Both the position numbers and the translations under genes were made by a program. Below the pieces are notes generated by a model, which was given only the letters and a program-made list of their open reading frames with translations, was not told where the DNA came from and did no database searches. This document shows positions 24,601-39,600 of a DNA stretch of 64,000 nucleotides, piece after piece (the first letter of the stretch is position 1; each line of letters starts with the position of its first letter). This DNA comes from Haplodiscus bocki (Eukaryota), in contig OZ296649.1 in the NCBI GenBank assembly GCA_965655095.1, positions 120,342,001 to 120,406,000 of the forward strand. Direction: 5' to 3'.

Positions 24601-27600
24601 CGCTTGTTGCAGTTTTTTAGGCGGTGTTTTGGGTTTCTCTTGTGTGCTGTGTTATTCATCGCACTATGTATGGCGCCTTCAAAACGCATTACTGATAACG
24701 AACGTTACGCAAAATTTTATTTCATTCCAACGGGAGAAGAAATGAAGAGAAATGTTGTGCGGATTTTCTTTCCTAGGAAGCTGGGAAGGTTTATCCAATT
24801 TTAATGTCTCATATCAAAGTATTCTACGAGAAATATGAACGAGAAGCAAAAAACAATCAAGGTACTCTTAGGAATATTGAGATTTTGCCTGTTGTTATGA
24901 ACATTTAGGGGTGGATTGACTGGATTTGTTGCGTACTAAAGCCATTTTACACTGTGGAAAATGACCTGGATCGCTGATATTCAGGATTAAATTCTATCTC
25001 TTTTAAAACGTTCATGATGTTTTGAGAATTATTTACCAAATTCGTGTGGGAAACGAAAGTCGTGAGACAAACAAATTTGCATTGGTATTAGATGGATGGG
25101 GGAAACGCAGATATTTTTGAAACTCATGATGAAGGAAACTTTGCAGAAGAAATTTTGGCATAAAAGTCGAACAAAGAAAAATCTGTATATATGAACTGCA
25201 AATTCCTCTTACCCACCTCAAACCTTGTTGAGCGTTTCTTCAGTTTGATGGGAATTGCTTTAACTGAGCATCACCAATGTTTTTGACTTCGAAGCACTTG
25301 GAGGAGCAGCTCCTCCTAAAAGCCAACAAGCGGTTCTGGAGCCCACAAACTGTCGATTCTGCTTATAATCAATAACTCGATTAATTTTTCCATTATTGGC
25401 CCCTAGTGGATGAATGGATTTTCCTTTTTCAGTATTGCCATTAATGGATTTTTCAACTTGTCAAATTAGAAATTAGTCCCCAATAACTTTTCCGTAACCC
25501 TGACCACCAGTAGTAACAAGATTTTTGAACCTTTTTGCGTGGAAGCAAATTCCTTTGGATTGGTTAGTTTTCACTCGTTCGTGGCTTAAGCCATCATCGT
25601 CCGTACGAGGTACGTGATATATTTCTCCAATGCTCGAAAACATGACGTTGGGTTGTTCGACAATTCAAGACCGACATCTGACGCCTCAGCACTTGCCGGG
25701 CCTGATATTTTCAGGCGCCTGACTAGGTAGGTGCCCCCCTTTCTCAAACGGGAAGAATCAATCGATTTTTTTGCTGTTGTCAATCATTCCATTTCATTAA
25801 CTCCACTTACATGAATGTTTCAAAGAGATTGCGTTGAAGCGCTAATGGGCGGACTCAACAGAGCCATAACATTTACGAAAAATGCAACTATTCAGTTTCG
25901 TTCGGACAAACGGCTGATTGGAATTTAATGGGCAAGTTTCTGACATCAAATTGGGATAGTACCACTTACAGAACTGATGGTATTGTGTGGAAAGTTGATG
26001 ATAAAAAAATATTTGGTGTACGATATCTCACCGTATCGTTAGTTGTGTGCACTCTATCTTTCCAAGCTAAGTTGGCTGCGTTTTTCTAGAAAAACTTATC
26101 TGTCACAAAATTGAATATTTGGATATGGATATTTTAAACTAAAAACACCCCACCCCCCCCTCCCCCTGCCCCAAACCAACACCACCAACAGGGCTATGGA
26201 AAAATTAATGGAGCATTCCAATAATTGCCATTAATGGAAGCCGTCATTTGATGGAATCGTTTTTGAAATTGCCATTAATGGATGGAAACGCAGCCCCACT
26301 TTTAGCCATTATCTCCAGGGCCGATGTACTGTACAGATTGAAGTGGCGTTTGACAAATAATACGTCCCTATCTAGTATTTACAAATGAAGAGTGACCTTA
26401 ATACTGTCTATCTTGAGAGATAATGCAGCACTGCCTGCTCGTCGCTTGTTGCAATTACTTAAGCGGTGTTTTGTGTTCCTCTTGTGTGCTGTGTTATTCA
26501 TCGCACTATGTATGGCGCCTTCAAAACGCATTACTGATAACGAACGTTACGCAAAATTATATTTCATTCCAACGGGAGAAGAAATGAAGAGAAATATCGA
26601 TGTGCGGATGTTCTTTCCTAGGAAGCTGGGAAGGTTTATTCAATTTTAATGTCTCATATCAAAGTATTCTACGAGAAATATGAACGAGAAGCAAAAAACA
26701 AGCAAGGCACTCTAAGGCATATTGAGAGTTCGCCTGTTGTTATGAACATTTAGGGGTGGATTGACTGGATTTGTTGCGTACTAAAGCCATTTTACACTGT
26801 GGAAAATGACCTGGATCGCTGATATTCAGGATTAAATTCTATCTCTTTTAAAACGTTCATGATGTTTTGAGAATTATTTACCAAATTCGTGTGGGAAACG
26901 AAAGTCGTGACACAAACAAATTTGCATTGGTATTAGATGGATGGGGGAAACGCAGATATTTTTGAAACTCATGATGAAGGAAACTTTGCAGAAGAAATTT
27001 TGGCATAAAAGTCGAACAAAGAAAAATCTGTATATATGAACTGCAAATTCCTCTTACCCACCTCAAACCTTGTTGAGCGTTTCTTCAGTTTGATGGGAAT
27101 TGCTTTAACTGAGCATCACCAATGTTTTTGACTTCGAAGCACTTGGAGGAGCAGCTCCTCCCTAAAAGTCAATAAGCGGTTCTGGAGCCCACAGACCGTC
27201 TATTCTGCCTATAATAAATAACTCGATTAAATTTTCCATTGATGGCCCTTAATGGATGAACGGATTTTCAATTTTCAATATTGCCAATACTGGATTTTTC
27301 ATCTTCTCAAATTAGAAATTATTTTCCAATAAAATTTTCCGTAGCCCCGACCACCAGTAGTAACAAGATTATTGAAACTTTTTGCGTTAAAGCAAATTCC
27401 TTTGGATTGGTTAATTTTCACTCGTTCGTGGCGTAAGCCATCATCGTCCGTACGAGGTACGTGATGTATTTCTCCAATGCTCGAAAACGTGATGTTGGTT
27501 TGTTCGACAAAGCAACACAAAGATTTGACGCCTCAGCACTTGCCGGGCCTAATGTTTTCAGGCGCCTGACTAGGTAGGAGCCCCCTTCTCAAACGGGAAA

Positions 27601-30600
27601 AATCAATCGATTTTCCTGCTGTTGTCAATCATTCAATTTCATTAACTCCACTTACATGAATGCTTCAAAGAGATTGCGTTGAAGCGCTAATGGGAGGACT
27701 CAACAGAGCCATAACATTTACGAAAAATGCAAGTATTCAGTTTCGTTCGGACAAACGGCTGGTTGGAATTTAATGGGCAAGTTTCTGACATTATATTGGG
27801 ATGGTACCACTTACAGAACTGATGGTATTGTGTGGAAAGATATAGTAAAAAACTTAATTGGTGTATGATATTTCACCGTATTGTTGGTTGTGTGCACTCT
27901 ATCATTCAAAGCTAAGTTGGCTGCGTTTTTCTAGAAAAACTTATCTGTCACAAAATTGAGTATTTGGATATGGATATTTTAAACTAAAAACACCCCACCC
28001 CCCCCCCCTCCTCCCCCCGCCCCAAACCAACACCACCAACAGGGCTATGGAAAAATTAACGGAGCATTCCAATTATTGCCATTAATGGAAGCCGTTATTT
28101 GATGGAATCATTTTTGAAATTGCCATTAATGGATGGAAACGCGGCCCCACTATTAGCCATTAGTTCCAGGGCCGATGTACTGTACAAATTGAAGTGGCCT
28201 TTGACAAATAATACGTCCCTATCTAATATTTACAAATGAAGAGTGTCTCTAATACCGTCTATCTTGAGAGATAATGCAGCACTGCCTGCTAGACGCTTGT
28301 TGCAATTTTTTAAGCGGTGCTTTGTGTTACTCTTGAGTGCTGTGTTATTCATGGCACTATGTATAGAGCCTTCGAAACGCATTACTGATAACGAACGTTA
28401 CGCAAAATTATATTTCACTCCAACGGGAGAAGAAATGAAGAGAAATGTCGTTGTGCGGCTGTTGATTCCTAAAAACACTTGAAAAGTTTATTCAATTTTA
28501 ATGCCTCATATCAAAGTATTCTATGAGATCTATGAACGAGAAGCAAAAAACAAACAAGGCACTCTTAGGAATAATCAGATTTTCCCTGCTGTTTTGACCT
28601 TTTAGGGTTGGATTGACTGGATTTGTTGCTGATTAAAGCCATTTTACACTGTGGAAAATGACCTGGATTGCTGATATTCAAAAGTAAATCCTATCTCATA
28701 TAAAACTTTCATGAAGTTTTGGGAGTTTTTTACCTAATTCGTGTGGCAATCGAAAATCGTGAGACAAACAAATTTGCATTGGTATTAGATGGATGAGGGA
28801 AATAAAGATATTTCTGAAACTCATGATGAAGGAAACTTTGCAGAAGAAAGTTTGGCTTAAAAGTCGAACAAAGAAGATTCTGGATATATGAACTGCAAGT
28901 TCCTTTTACCTACCTCAAACCTTGTTGAGCGTTTCTTCAGTTTGTTGGGAAATGCATTAACTGAGAATCACCAATCTTTTTGACTTCGGAGCATTTGGAG
29001 GAGCAGCTCCTCCTAAAAGTCAGCAAGCGGTTCTGGAGCCCACAAACTGTCGATTCTGCTTATAATCAATAACTCGATTTAATTTTCCATTAATGGCCCT
29101 TAGTGGATGAAAAGATTTTCAATTTTCAATATTGCCAATAATGGATTTTTCATAATTTCAAAATAGAAATTAGTTTCCAATAATGTTTCCGTAGCCCTGA
29201 CCACCAGTAGTAACAAGATTTTTGAAACTTTTTGCGTTAAAGCAAATTCCTTTGGATTGGTTAATTTTCACTCGTTCGTGGCGTAAGCCATCATCGTCCG
29301 TACGAGGTACGTGATATATTTCTCCAATGCTCGAAAACATGACGTTGGGTTGTTCGACAATTCAAGACCGAAATCTGACGCCTCAGCACTTGCCGGGCCT
29401 AATGTTTTCAGGCGCCTGACTAGGTAGGAGCCCCCTTCTCAAACGGGAAAAATCAATCGATTTTCCTGCTGTTGTCAATCATTCAATTTCATTAACTCCA
29501 CTTACATGAATGCTTCAAAGAGATTGCGTTGAAGCGCTAATGGGAGGACTCAACAGAGCCATAACATTTACGAAAAATGCAAGTATTCAGTTTCGTTCGG
29601 ACAAACGGCTGGTTGGAATTTAATGGGCAAGTTTCTGACATTATATTGGGATGGTACCACTTACAGAACTGATGGTATTGTGTGGAAAGATATAGTAAAA
29701 AACTTAATTGGTGTATGATATTTCACCGTATTGTTGGTTGTGTGCACTCTATCATTCAAAGCTAAGTTGGCTGCGTTTTTCTAGAAAAACTTATCTGTCA
29801 CAAAATTGAGTATTTGGATATGGATATTTTAAACTAAAAACACCCCACCCCCCTCCCCCCGCCCCAAACCAACACCACCAACAGGGCTATGGAAAAATTA
29901 ACGGAGCATTCCAATTATTGCCATTAATGGAAGCCGTTATTTGATGGAATCATTTTTGAAATTGCCATTAATGGATGGAAACGCGGCCCCACTATTAGCC
30001 ATTAGTTCCAGGGCCGATGTACTGTACAAATTGAAGTGGCCTTTGACAAATAATACGTCCTTATCTAATATTTACAAATGAAGAGTGTCTCTAATACCGT
30101 CTATCTTGAGAGATAATGCAGCACTGCCTGCTAGACGCTTGTTGCAATTTTTTAAGCGGTGCTTTGTGTTACTCTTGAGTGCTGTGTTATTCATGGCACT
30201 ATGTATAGAGCCTTCGAAACGCATTACTGATAACGAACGTTACGCAAAATTATATTTCACTCCAACGGGAGAAGAAATGAAGAGAAATGTCGTTGTGCGG
30301 CTGTTGATTCCTAAAAACACTTGAAAAGTTTATTCAATTTTAATGCCTCATATCAAAGTATTCTATGAGATCTATGAACGAGAAGCAAAAAACAAACAAG
30401 GCACTCTTAGGAATAATCAGATTTTCCCTGCTGTTTTGACCTTTTAGGGTTGGATTGACTGGATTTGTTGCTGATTAAAGCCATTTTACACTGTGGAAAA
30501 TGACCTGGATTGCTGATATTCAAAAGTAAATCCTATCTCATATAAAACTTTCATGAAGTTTTGGGAGTTTTTTACCTAATTCGTGTGGCAATCGAAAATC

Positions 30601-33600
30601 GTGAGACAAACAAATTTGCATTGGTATTAGATGGATGAGGGAAATAAAGATATTTTTGAAACTCATGATGAAGGAAACTTTGCAGAAGAAATTTTGGCTT
30701 ACAAGTCGAACAAAGAAGATTCTGGATATATGAACTGCAAGTTCCTTTTACCTACCTCAAACCTTGTTGAGCGTTTCTTCAGTTTGTTGGGAAATGCATT
30801 AACTGAGAATCACCAATCTTTTTGACTTCGGAGCATTTGGAGGAGCAGCTCCTCCTAAAAGTCAGCAAGCGGTTCTGGAGCCCACAAACTGTCGATTCTG
30901 CTTATAATCAATAACTCGATTTAATTTTCCATTAATGGCCCTTAGTGGATGAAAAGATTTTCGTTTTTCAATATTGCCAATAATGGATTTTTCATAATTT
31001 CAAAATAGAAATTAGTTTCCAATTATGTTTCCGTAGCCCTGACCACCAGTAGTAACAAGATTTTTGAACATCTTTGCGTGGAAGCAAATTCCATTGGATT
31101 GGTTAATTTTCACTCGTTCGTGGCGTAAGCCATCATCGTCCGTACGAGGTACGTGATATATTTCTCCAACGCTCGAAAACGTGACGTTGGTTTGTTCGAC
31201 AAAACAAGACAAAATTTTGACGCCTCAGCACTTGCCGGGCCTAATTTTTTCAGGCACCTGACTAGGTAGGAGCCCCCCCCTTCTCAAACGGGAAAAATCA
31301 ATCGATTGTTTTGCTGTTGTCAATCATTACATTTCATTAACTCCACTTACATGAATGCTTCGAGGGGATTGCGTTGAAGCGCTAATGGGAGGACTCAACA
31401 GAGCCATAAAATTCACGAAAAACGCAAATATCCAGTTTCGTTCGGACAAACGGCTGGACTGAATTTAATGGGCAAGTTTCTGACATCAAATTGGGATAGT
31501 ACCACATACAGAACTGATGGTATTGTGTGGAAAGATACAGTGAAAAAAATTAAGTGATGTATGATATCTCACCGTATCGTTAGTTGTGTGCACTCTATCA
31601 TTCAAAACTAAGTTGACTGCATTTTTCTAGAAAAATTATTGTCACAAAATTGAAGAATTGGATATAGAAATTTTAGGCTAAAAAACCCCACCCGCCCGCA
31701 CCAAACCACCACCACCACCAACAGGGCTATGGTAAAATTACTGGAGCTTTCCAATAATTGCCAATAATAGAAGCCGTTATTTGATGGAATCGTTTTGAAA
31801 ATTGCCAATAATGGATGGAAACGCAGCCCCACTTTTAGCCATTATTTCCAGGGCCGATGTACTGTACAGATTGAAGTGGCGTTTGACAAATAATACGTCC
31901 TTATCTAGTATTTACAAATGAAGAGTGACTCTAATACTGTCTATCTTGAGAGATAATGCAGCACTGCCTGCTCGTCGCTTGTTGCAATTACTTAAGCGGT
32001 GTTTTGTGTTTCTCTTGTGTGCTGTGTTTTTCATCGCACTATGTATGGCGCCTTCGAAACGCATTACTGATAACGAACATTACGCATATTTATTTTTCAC
32101 TCCAACGGGAGAAGAAATGAAGAGAAATGTCGTTGTGCGGCTGTTGATTCCTAAAAACACTTGAAAAGTTTATTCAATTTTAATGCCTCATATCAAAGTA
32201 TTCTATGAGATCTATGAACGAGAAGCAAAAAACAAACAAGGCACTCTTAGGAATAATCAGATTTTCCCTGCTGTTTTGACCTTTTAGGGTTGGATTGACT
32301 AGATTTGTTGCGGATTAAAGCCATTTTACACTGTGGAAAAGGACTTGATTGCTGACATTCAAAAGCAAATCCTATCTTTTATAAAACGTTCATGAAGTTT
32401 TGGGAGTTTTTTACCTAATTCGTGTGGCAAACGAAAATCGTGAGACAAACAAATTTGCATTGGTATTAGATGGATGGAGGAAATAAAGATATTTCTGAAA
32501 CTCATGTTGAAGGAAACTTTGCAGAAAAAATTTTGGCATATAGTCGAACAAAGAAGAATCTGCATATATGAACTGCAAGTTCCTTTTACCAATCTCAAAC
32601 CTTGTTGAGCGTTTCTTCCGTTTGTTGGGAAATGCATTAACTGAGCATCATCAATCTTTTTGACTTCGGAGCATTTGGAGGAGCAGCTCCTCCTAAAAGT
32701 CAACAAGCGGTTCTGGAGCCCACAAATTGTCGATTCTGCTTATAATCAATAACTCGAAAAAATTTTCCATTAATGGCCCTGAATGGATGAATGGATTTTC
32801 AATTTTCAATATTGCAATTAATGGATTTTTCATCTTCTCAAATTAGAAATTAATTTCCAATAACATTTTCCGTAGCACCGACCACCAGTAGTAACAAGAT
32901 TATTGAAACTTTTTGCGTTAAAGCAAATTCCTTTGGATTGGTTAATTTTCACTCGTTCGTGGCGTAAGCCATCATCGTCCGTACGAGGTACGTGATGTAT
33001 TTCTCCAATGCTCGAAAACGTGACGTTGGTTTGTTCGACAAAGCAACACAAAGATTTGACGCCTCAGCACTTGCCGGGCCTAATGTTTTCAGGCGCCTGA
33101 CTAGGTAGGAGCCCCCCTTTCTCAAACGGGAAAAGTCAATCGATTTTTGTTGCTGTTGTCAATCATTCCATTTCATTAACTCCACTTACATGAATGTTTC
33201 AAAGGGACTGCGTTGAAGTGCTAATGGGAGGACTCAACAGAGCCATAACATTTACGAAAAATGCAAATATTCAGTTTCGTTCGGACAAACGGCTGGACGG
33301 AATTTATTGGGCAAATTTCTGACATCAAATTGGCATAGTACCACTTACAGAACTGATGGTATTGTGTGGAAAGATACAGCGAAAAAAATTAATTGATGTA
33401 GGATATCTCACCGTATCGTTAGTTGTGTGCACTCTATCGTTCAAAGCTAAGTTGGCTGCATTTTTCTACAAGAACTTATCTGTCGAAAAATTGAAGAATT
33501 GGATATGGACATTTTGAGCTAAAAACACCGCACCCGCCCGCACTAAACCACCACCACCACAAACAGGGCTATGGAAAAAATTTTGGAGCATTCCAATAAT

Positions 33601-36600
33601 TGCCATTAATGGAAGCCGTTGTTTGATGGAATCATTTTTGAAATTGCCATTAATGGATGGGAACGCAGCCCCACTTGTAGCCATTTTTTCTGGGGCCGAT
33701 GTATTGTACAGATTGAAGTGGCGTTTGACAAATAATACGTTCTTATCTAGTATTTAGCAATGAAGAGTGACTCTAATACGGTCTATCTTGATAGATAATG
33801 CAGCACTGCCTGCTTGTCGCTTGTTGCAATTATTTAGGCTGTGTTTTGTGTTTCTCTCGTGTGCTGTGTTTTTCATCGCACTATAAATGGCGCCTTCGAA
33901 ACGCATTACTGATAACGAACGTTACGCATAATTATAATTCACTCCAACGTGAGAAGAATTGAAGAGGAATGTCGTTGTGCGGCTGTTGATTCCTGGAAAA
34001 CTTGAAGGGTTTATTCAATTTTAATGCCTCATATCAAAGTATTCTATAAGAACTGTGAACGAGAAGCAAAAATTAATCAAGGCACTTTTAGGAATATTGA
34101 CATTTTTCCTGTTGTTTTGACCTTTTAGGGGTGGATTGACTGGATTTGTTGCGGATTAAAGCCATTTTACACTGTGGAAAATGACCTGGATTGCTGATAT
34201 TCAAAAGTAAATCCTATCTCTTATAAAACGTTCATGAAGTTTTGGGAGTTTTTTACCTAAATCGTATGGCAAACGAAAGTCGTGAGACAAACAAATTTGC
34301 TTTGGTAATAGATGGATGGGGGAAATGCAGATATTTTTGAAACTCATGATGAAGGAAACTTTGCAGAAAAAATTTTGGCATAAAAGTCGAGCAAAGAAGA
34401 ATCTGCATATATGAACTGCAAGTTCCTTTTACCCACCTCAAACCTTGTTGAGCTTTTCTTCCGTTTGTTGGGAAATGCATTAACTGAGCATCATCAATCT
34501 TTTTGACTTCGGAGCACTTGGAGTAGCAGCTCCTCCTAAAAGTCAACAAGCGGTCCTGGAGCCCACAAACTTTCGATTCTGCTTATAATCAATAACTCGA
34601 TTAAATTTTCCATTATTGGCCCTGATTGGATGAATGGATTTTCATTTTTAGATATTGCAATTAATGGATTTTTCACCTTCTCAAGTTAGAAATTAGTTTC
34701 CAATAATATTTTCCGTAGCCCTGACCACCAGTAGTAACAAGATTATTGAATCTTTTTGCGTGGAAGCAAATTCCTTGGGATTGGTTAATTTTCACTCGTT
34801 CGTGGCGTGGGCCATCATCGTCCGTACGAGGTACGTGATATATTTCTCCAATGCTCGAAAACGTGACGTTGGTTTGTTCGACAAAACAAGACAAAGATTT
34901 GACGCCTCAGCACTTGCCGGGCCTAATGTTTTCAGGCGCCTGACTAGGTAGGAGCCCCCTTTCTCAAACGGCAAAAATCAATCGGTTTTTGTTGCTGTTG
35001 TCAATCATTCCATTTCATTAACTCCACTTACATGAATGTTTCCAAGGGACTGCGTTGAAGTGCTAATGGGAGGACTCAACAGAGCCATAACATTTACGAA
35101 AAATGCAAATATACAGTTTCGTGCGGACAAACGGCTGGACGGAATTTAATGGGCAAGTTTCTGACATCAAATTGGGATAGTACTACTTACAGAACTGATA
35201 GTATTGTGTGGAAAGATACAGTAAAAAAATTATTTGATGTATGATATCTCACCGTATCGTTAGTTGTGTGCACTCTATCATTCAAAAATAAGTTGGCTGC
35301 ATTTTTCTACAAAAACTTATCTGTCATAAAATTGAAGAATTGGATATGGACATTTTAAGCTAAAAACACCGCACCCGCCCGCACTAAACCACCACCACCA
35401 CCAACAGGGCTATGGAAAAAATATTGGAGCATTCCAATAATTGCCATTAATGGAAGCCGTTGTTTGATGGAATCATTTTTGAAATTGCCATTAATGGATG
35501 GGAACGCAGCCCCGCTTTTAGCCATTTTTTCCAGGGCCGATGTACTGTACAGATTGAAGTGGCGTTTGACAAATAATAGGTTCTTATCTAGTATTTAGCA
35601 AAGAAGAGTGACTCTAATACTGTCTATCTTGAGAGATAATGCAGCACTGCCTGCTCGTCGCTTGTTGCAATTACTTAAGCGGTGTTTTGTGTTTCTCTTG
35701 TGTGCTGTGTTTTTCATCGCACTATAAATGGCGCCTTCGAAACGCATTACTGATAACGAACGTCACGCATAATTATATTTCACTCCAACATGAGAAGAAT
35801 TGAAGAGGAATGTCGTTGTGCGGCTGTTGATTCCTGGAAAACTTGAAAGGTTTATTCAATTTTAATGCCTCATATCAAAGTATTCTATAAGAACTGTGAA
35901 CGAGAAGCAAAAATTAATCAAGGCACTTTTAGGAATATTGAGATTTTTTCTGTTGTTTTGACATTTTAGGGGTGGATTGACTGGATTTGTTGCGGATTAA
36001 AGCCATTTTACACTGTGGAAAATGACCTGGATTGCTGATATTCAAAAGTAAATCCTATCTTTTATAAAACGTTCATGAAAGTTTGGGAGTTTTTTACCTC
36101 ATTCGTATGGCAAACGAAAGTCGTGAGACAAACAAATTTGCTTTGGTACTAGATGGTTGGGGGAAAAGCAGAAATTTTTGAAACTCATGATGAAGGAAAC
36201 TTTGCAGAAAAAATTTTGGCATAAAAGTCGAGCAAAGAAGAATCTGCATATATGAACTGCAAGTTCCTTTCACCCACCTCAAACCTTGTTGAGCTTTTCT
36301 TCCGTTTGTTGGGAAATGCATTAACTGAGCATCATCAATCTTTTTGACTTCGGAGCACTTGGAGGAGCAGCTCCTCCTAAAAGTCAACAAGCGGTTCTGG
36401 AGCCCACAAACTGTCGATTCTGCTTATAATCAATAACTCGATTAAAATTTCCATTAATGGCCCTGATTGGATGAACGGATTTTCAATTTTCAATATTGCA
36501 ATTAAAGGATTTTTCATCTTCTCAAGTTAGAAATTAGTTTCCAATAATATTTTCCGTAGCCCTGACCACCAGTAGTAACAAGAATATTGAAACTTTTTGC

Positions 36601-39600
36601 GTTAAAGCAAATTCCTTTGGATTGGTTAATTTTCACTCGTTCGTGGCGTAAGCCATCATCGTCCGTACGAGGTACGTGATGTATTTCTCCAATGCTCGAA
36701 AACGTGACGTTGGTTTGTTCGACAAAGCAACACAAAGATTTGACGCCTCAGCACTTGCCGGGCCTAATGTTTTCAGGCGCCTGACTAGGTAGGAGCCACC
36801 ATTCTCAAATGCAAAAAATCAATCGAGTTTTTTGCTGATGTCAACCATTCCATTTCATTAACTCCACTTACATGAATGTTTCAAAGGGACTGCGTTGAAG
36901 CGCTAATGGGAGGACTCAACAGAGCCATAACATTTACGAAAAATGCAACTATTCACTTTCGTTCGGACAAACGGCTGGACGGAATTTATTGAGCAAGTTT
37001 CTCACATCAAATTGGGATAGTACCACTTACAGAACTGATGGTATTGTATGGAAAGATACAGTGAAAAACTTAATCGATGTAGGATATCTCAACGTATCGT
37101 TTGTTGTGTGCACTCTATCATTCAAAGCTAAGTTGGCTGCGTTTTTCCAAAAAAACTTATCTGTCATAAAATTGAAGAATTGGATATGGATATTTTAGGC
37201 TAAAAACATTCCACCCGCCCGCACCAAACAACCACCACCACCAACAGGGCTATGGAAAAATTAATGGAGCATTCCAATAATTGCCATTAATGGAAGCCGT
37301 TATTTGATGGAATCATTTTTGAAATTGCCATTAATCGATGGAAACGCAGCCCCACTATTAGCCATTATCTCCAGGGCCGATGTACTGTACAGATTGAAGT
37401 GGCGTTTGACAAATAATACGTTCTTATCTAGTATATACAAGTGAAGAGTGACCTTAATACTGTCTATCTTGAGAGATAATGCAGCACTGCCTGCTCGTCG
37501 CTTGTTGAAATTACTTAAGCGGTGTTTTGTGTTTCTATTGTGTGCTGTGTTTTTCATCGCACTATGTATGGCGCCTTCGAAACGCATTACTGATAACGAA
37601 CGTTACGCATATTTATATTTCACTCCAACGTGAGAAGAATTGAAGAGAAATGTCGTTGTGCGGCTGTTGATTCCTGGAAAACTTGAAAGGTTTATTCAAT
37701 TTTAATGCCTCATATCAAAGTATTCTATAAGAACTGTGAACGAGAAGCAAAAACTAATCGAGGCACTTTTAGGAATTTTGAGATTTTTCCTGTTGTTTTG
37801 ACATTTTAGGGGTGGATTGACTGGATTTGTTGCGGATTAAAGCCATTTTACACTGTGGAAAATGACCTGGATTGCTGATATTCAAAAGTAAATCCTATCT
37901 CTTATGAAACGTTCATGAAGTTTTGGGAATTATTTACCTAATTCGTGTGGCAAACGAAAGTCGTGAGACAAACAAATTTGCAATGGTATTAGATGGATGG
38001 GGGAAATGCAGATTTTCTTGAAACTCATGATGAAGGAAAATTTGCAGAAGAAATTGGCATAAAAGTCGAACAAAGAAGAATCTGGATATATGAACTGCAA
38101 GTTCCTTTTACCCACCTCAAACCTTGTTGAGCGTTTCTTCAGTTTGTTGGGAATTACATTAACTGAGCATCACCAATCTTTTTGACTTCGGAGCATTTGG
38201 AGGAGCTGTTCCTCCTAAAAGTCTACAAGTGGTTCTGGAGCCCACAAACTATCGATTCTGCTTATAATTAATAAGTCGAATAAATTTTCCATTAAAGGTT
38301 GTTAATGGATGAATGGATTTTCATTTTTCAAATTTGCCATTAATGGAGTTTTCATGTTTTCAAAATAAAAATTAATTTCCATTAACTTCTCCGTAGCCCT
38401 GACCAGTAGTAACAAGTTTCCTGAACCCCCTTGCGTGGAAGCAACTTCTTTCGGATTGGTTAATTTTCACTAGCTCTTGGCTTAAGCCATCATCGTCCGT
38501 ACAAGGTACGTGATATATTTCTCGAAAGCTCAAAAACATGACGTTGGGATGCTTGACAAAACGAGACCAACAGTTGACGCTGCAGCACTTGCCCGGACTA
38601 ATGTTTTCAGGCGCTTGACTACGTAGGAGCCCCCATTCTCAAATGGGAAAAATCAACCGCTTTTGTTGCTGTTGTCAAACATTCCATTTCCTTAACTCCT
38701 TTTACATAAACGTTTCAAAGGGATTGCGTTGAAGCGCTAATGGGAGGACTCAACAGAGCCATAAGCTTTGCGAGAAATGCGAAAATTCAGTTTTGTTCGG
38801 ACAAGCAACTGGACGGAATTTAATGGGCAAGTTTTTCACATCAAATTGGGATAGTACCACTTACAGAACTGATGGTATTGTGTGGAAAGATATAGTAAAA
38901 GAAATTAATTGGTGTATGATATATCACCGTATCGTTAGTTGTGTGCACTCTATCATTCAAAGCTAAGTTGGCTGCGCGTTTCAACAAACACTTTTCTGTC
39001 ACAAAATTGAGGATTTGGATATGGATATTTTAAGCCAAATACAGCCCCCCCAAATCACCAGCAGCAGCAGGACTATGGAAAAATTAAGGAAGCGTTGCAA
39101 TAATTGCTATTAACGGAAGCCGTTATTTGATGGAATCATTTTTGAAATTGCCATTAATGGATGGAAACGCAGCCCCACTATTAGCCACTGTTTCCAGGGC
39201 CGAGGTACTGTACAGATTGAAGTGGCGTTTGACAAATATTACGTCCTTATCTAGTATCTACAAATGAAGAGTGACTCTAATACTGTCTATCTTGAGAGAT
39301 AATGCAGCACTGCCTGCTCGTCGCTTGTTGCAATTTTTTAAGCGGTGTTTTGTGTTTCTCTTGTGTGCTGTGTTTTTCAACGCACTATGTATGGCACCAT
39401 CGAAACGCATTACTGATAACGAACGTTACGCATAAGTATATTTTACTCCAAGGTGAGAAGAATTGAAGAGAAATGTCGTTGTCCGGCTGTTGATTCCTAC
39501 AAAACTCGAAAGGTTTATTCATTTTTAATGCCTCATATCAAAGTGTTCTATGAGAACTTTGCACGAGAAGCAAAAAACAATCAAGGCACTCTTAGGAATA

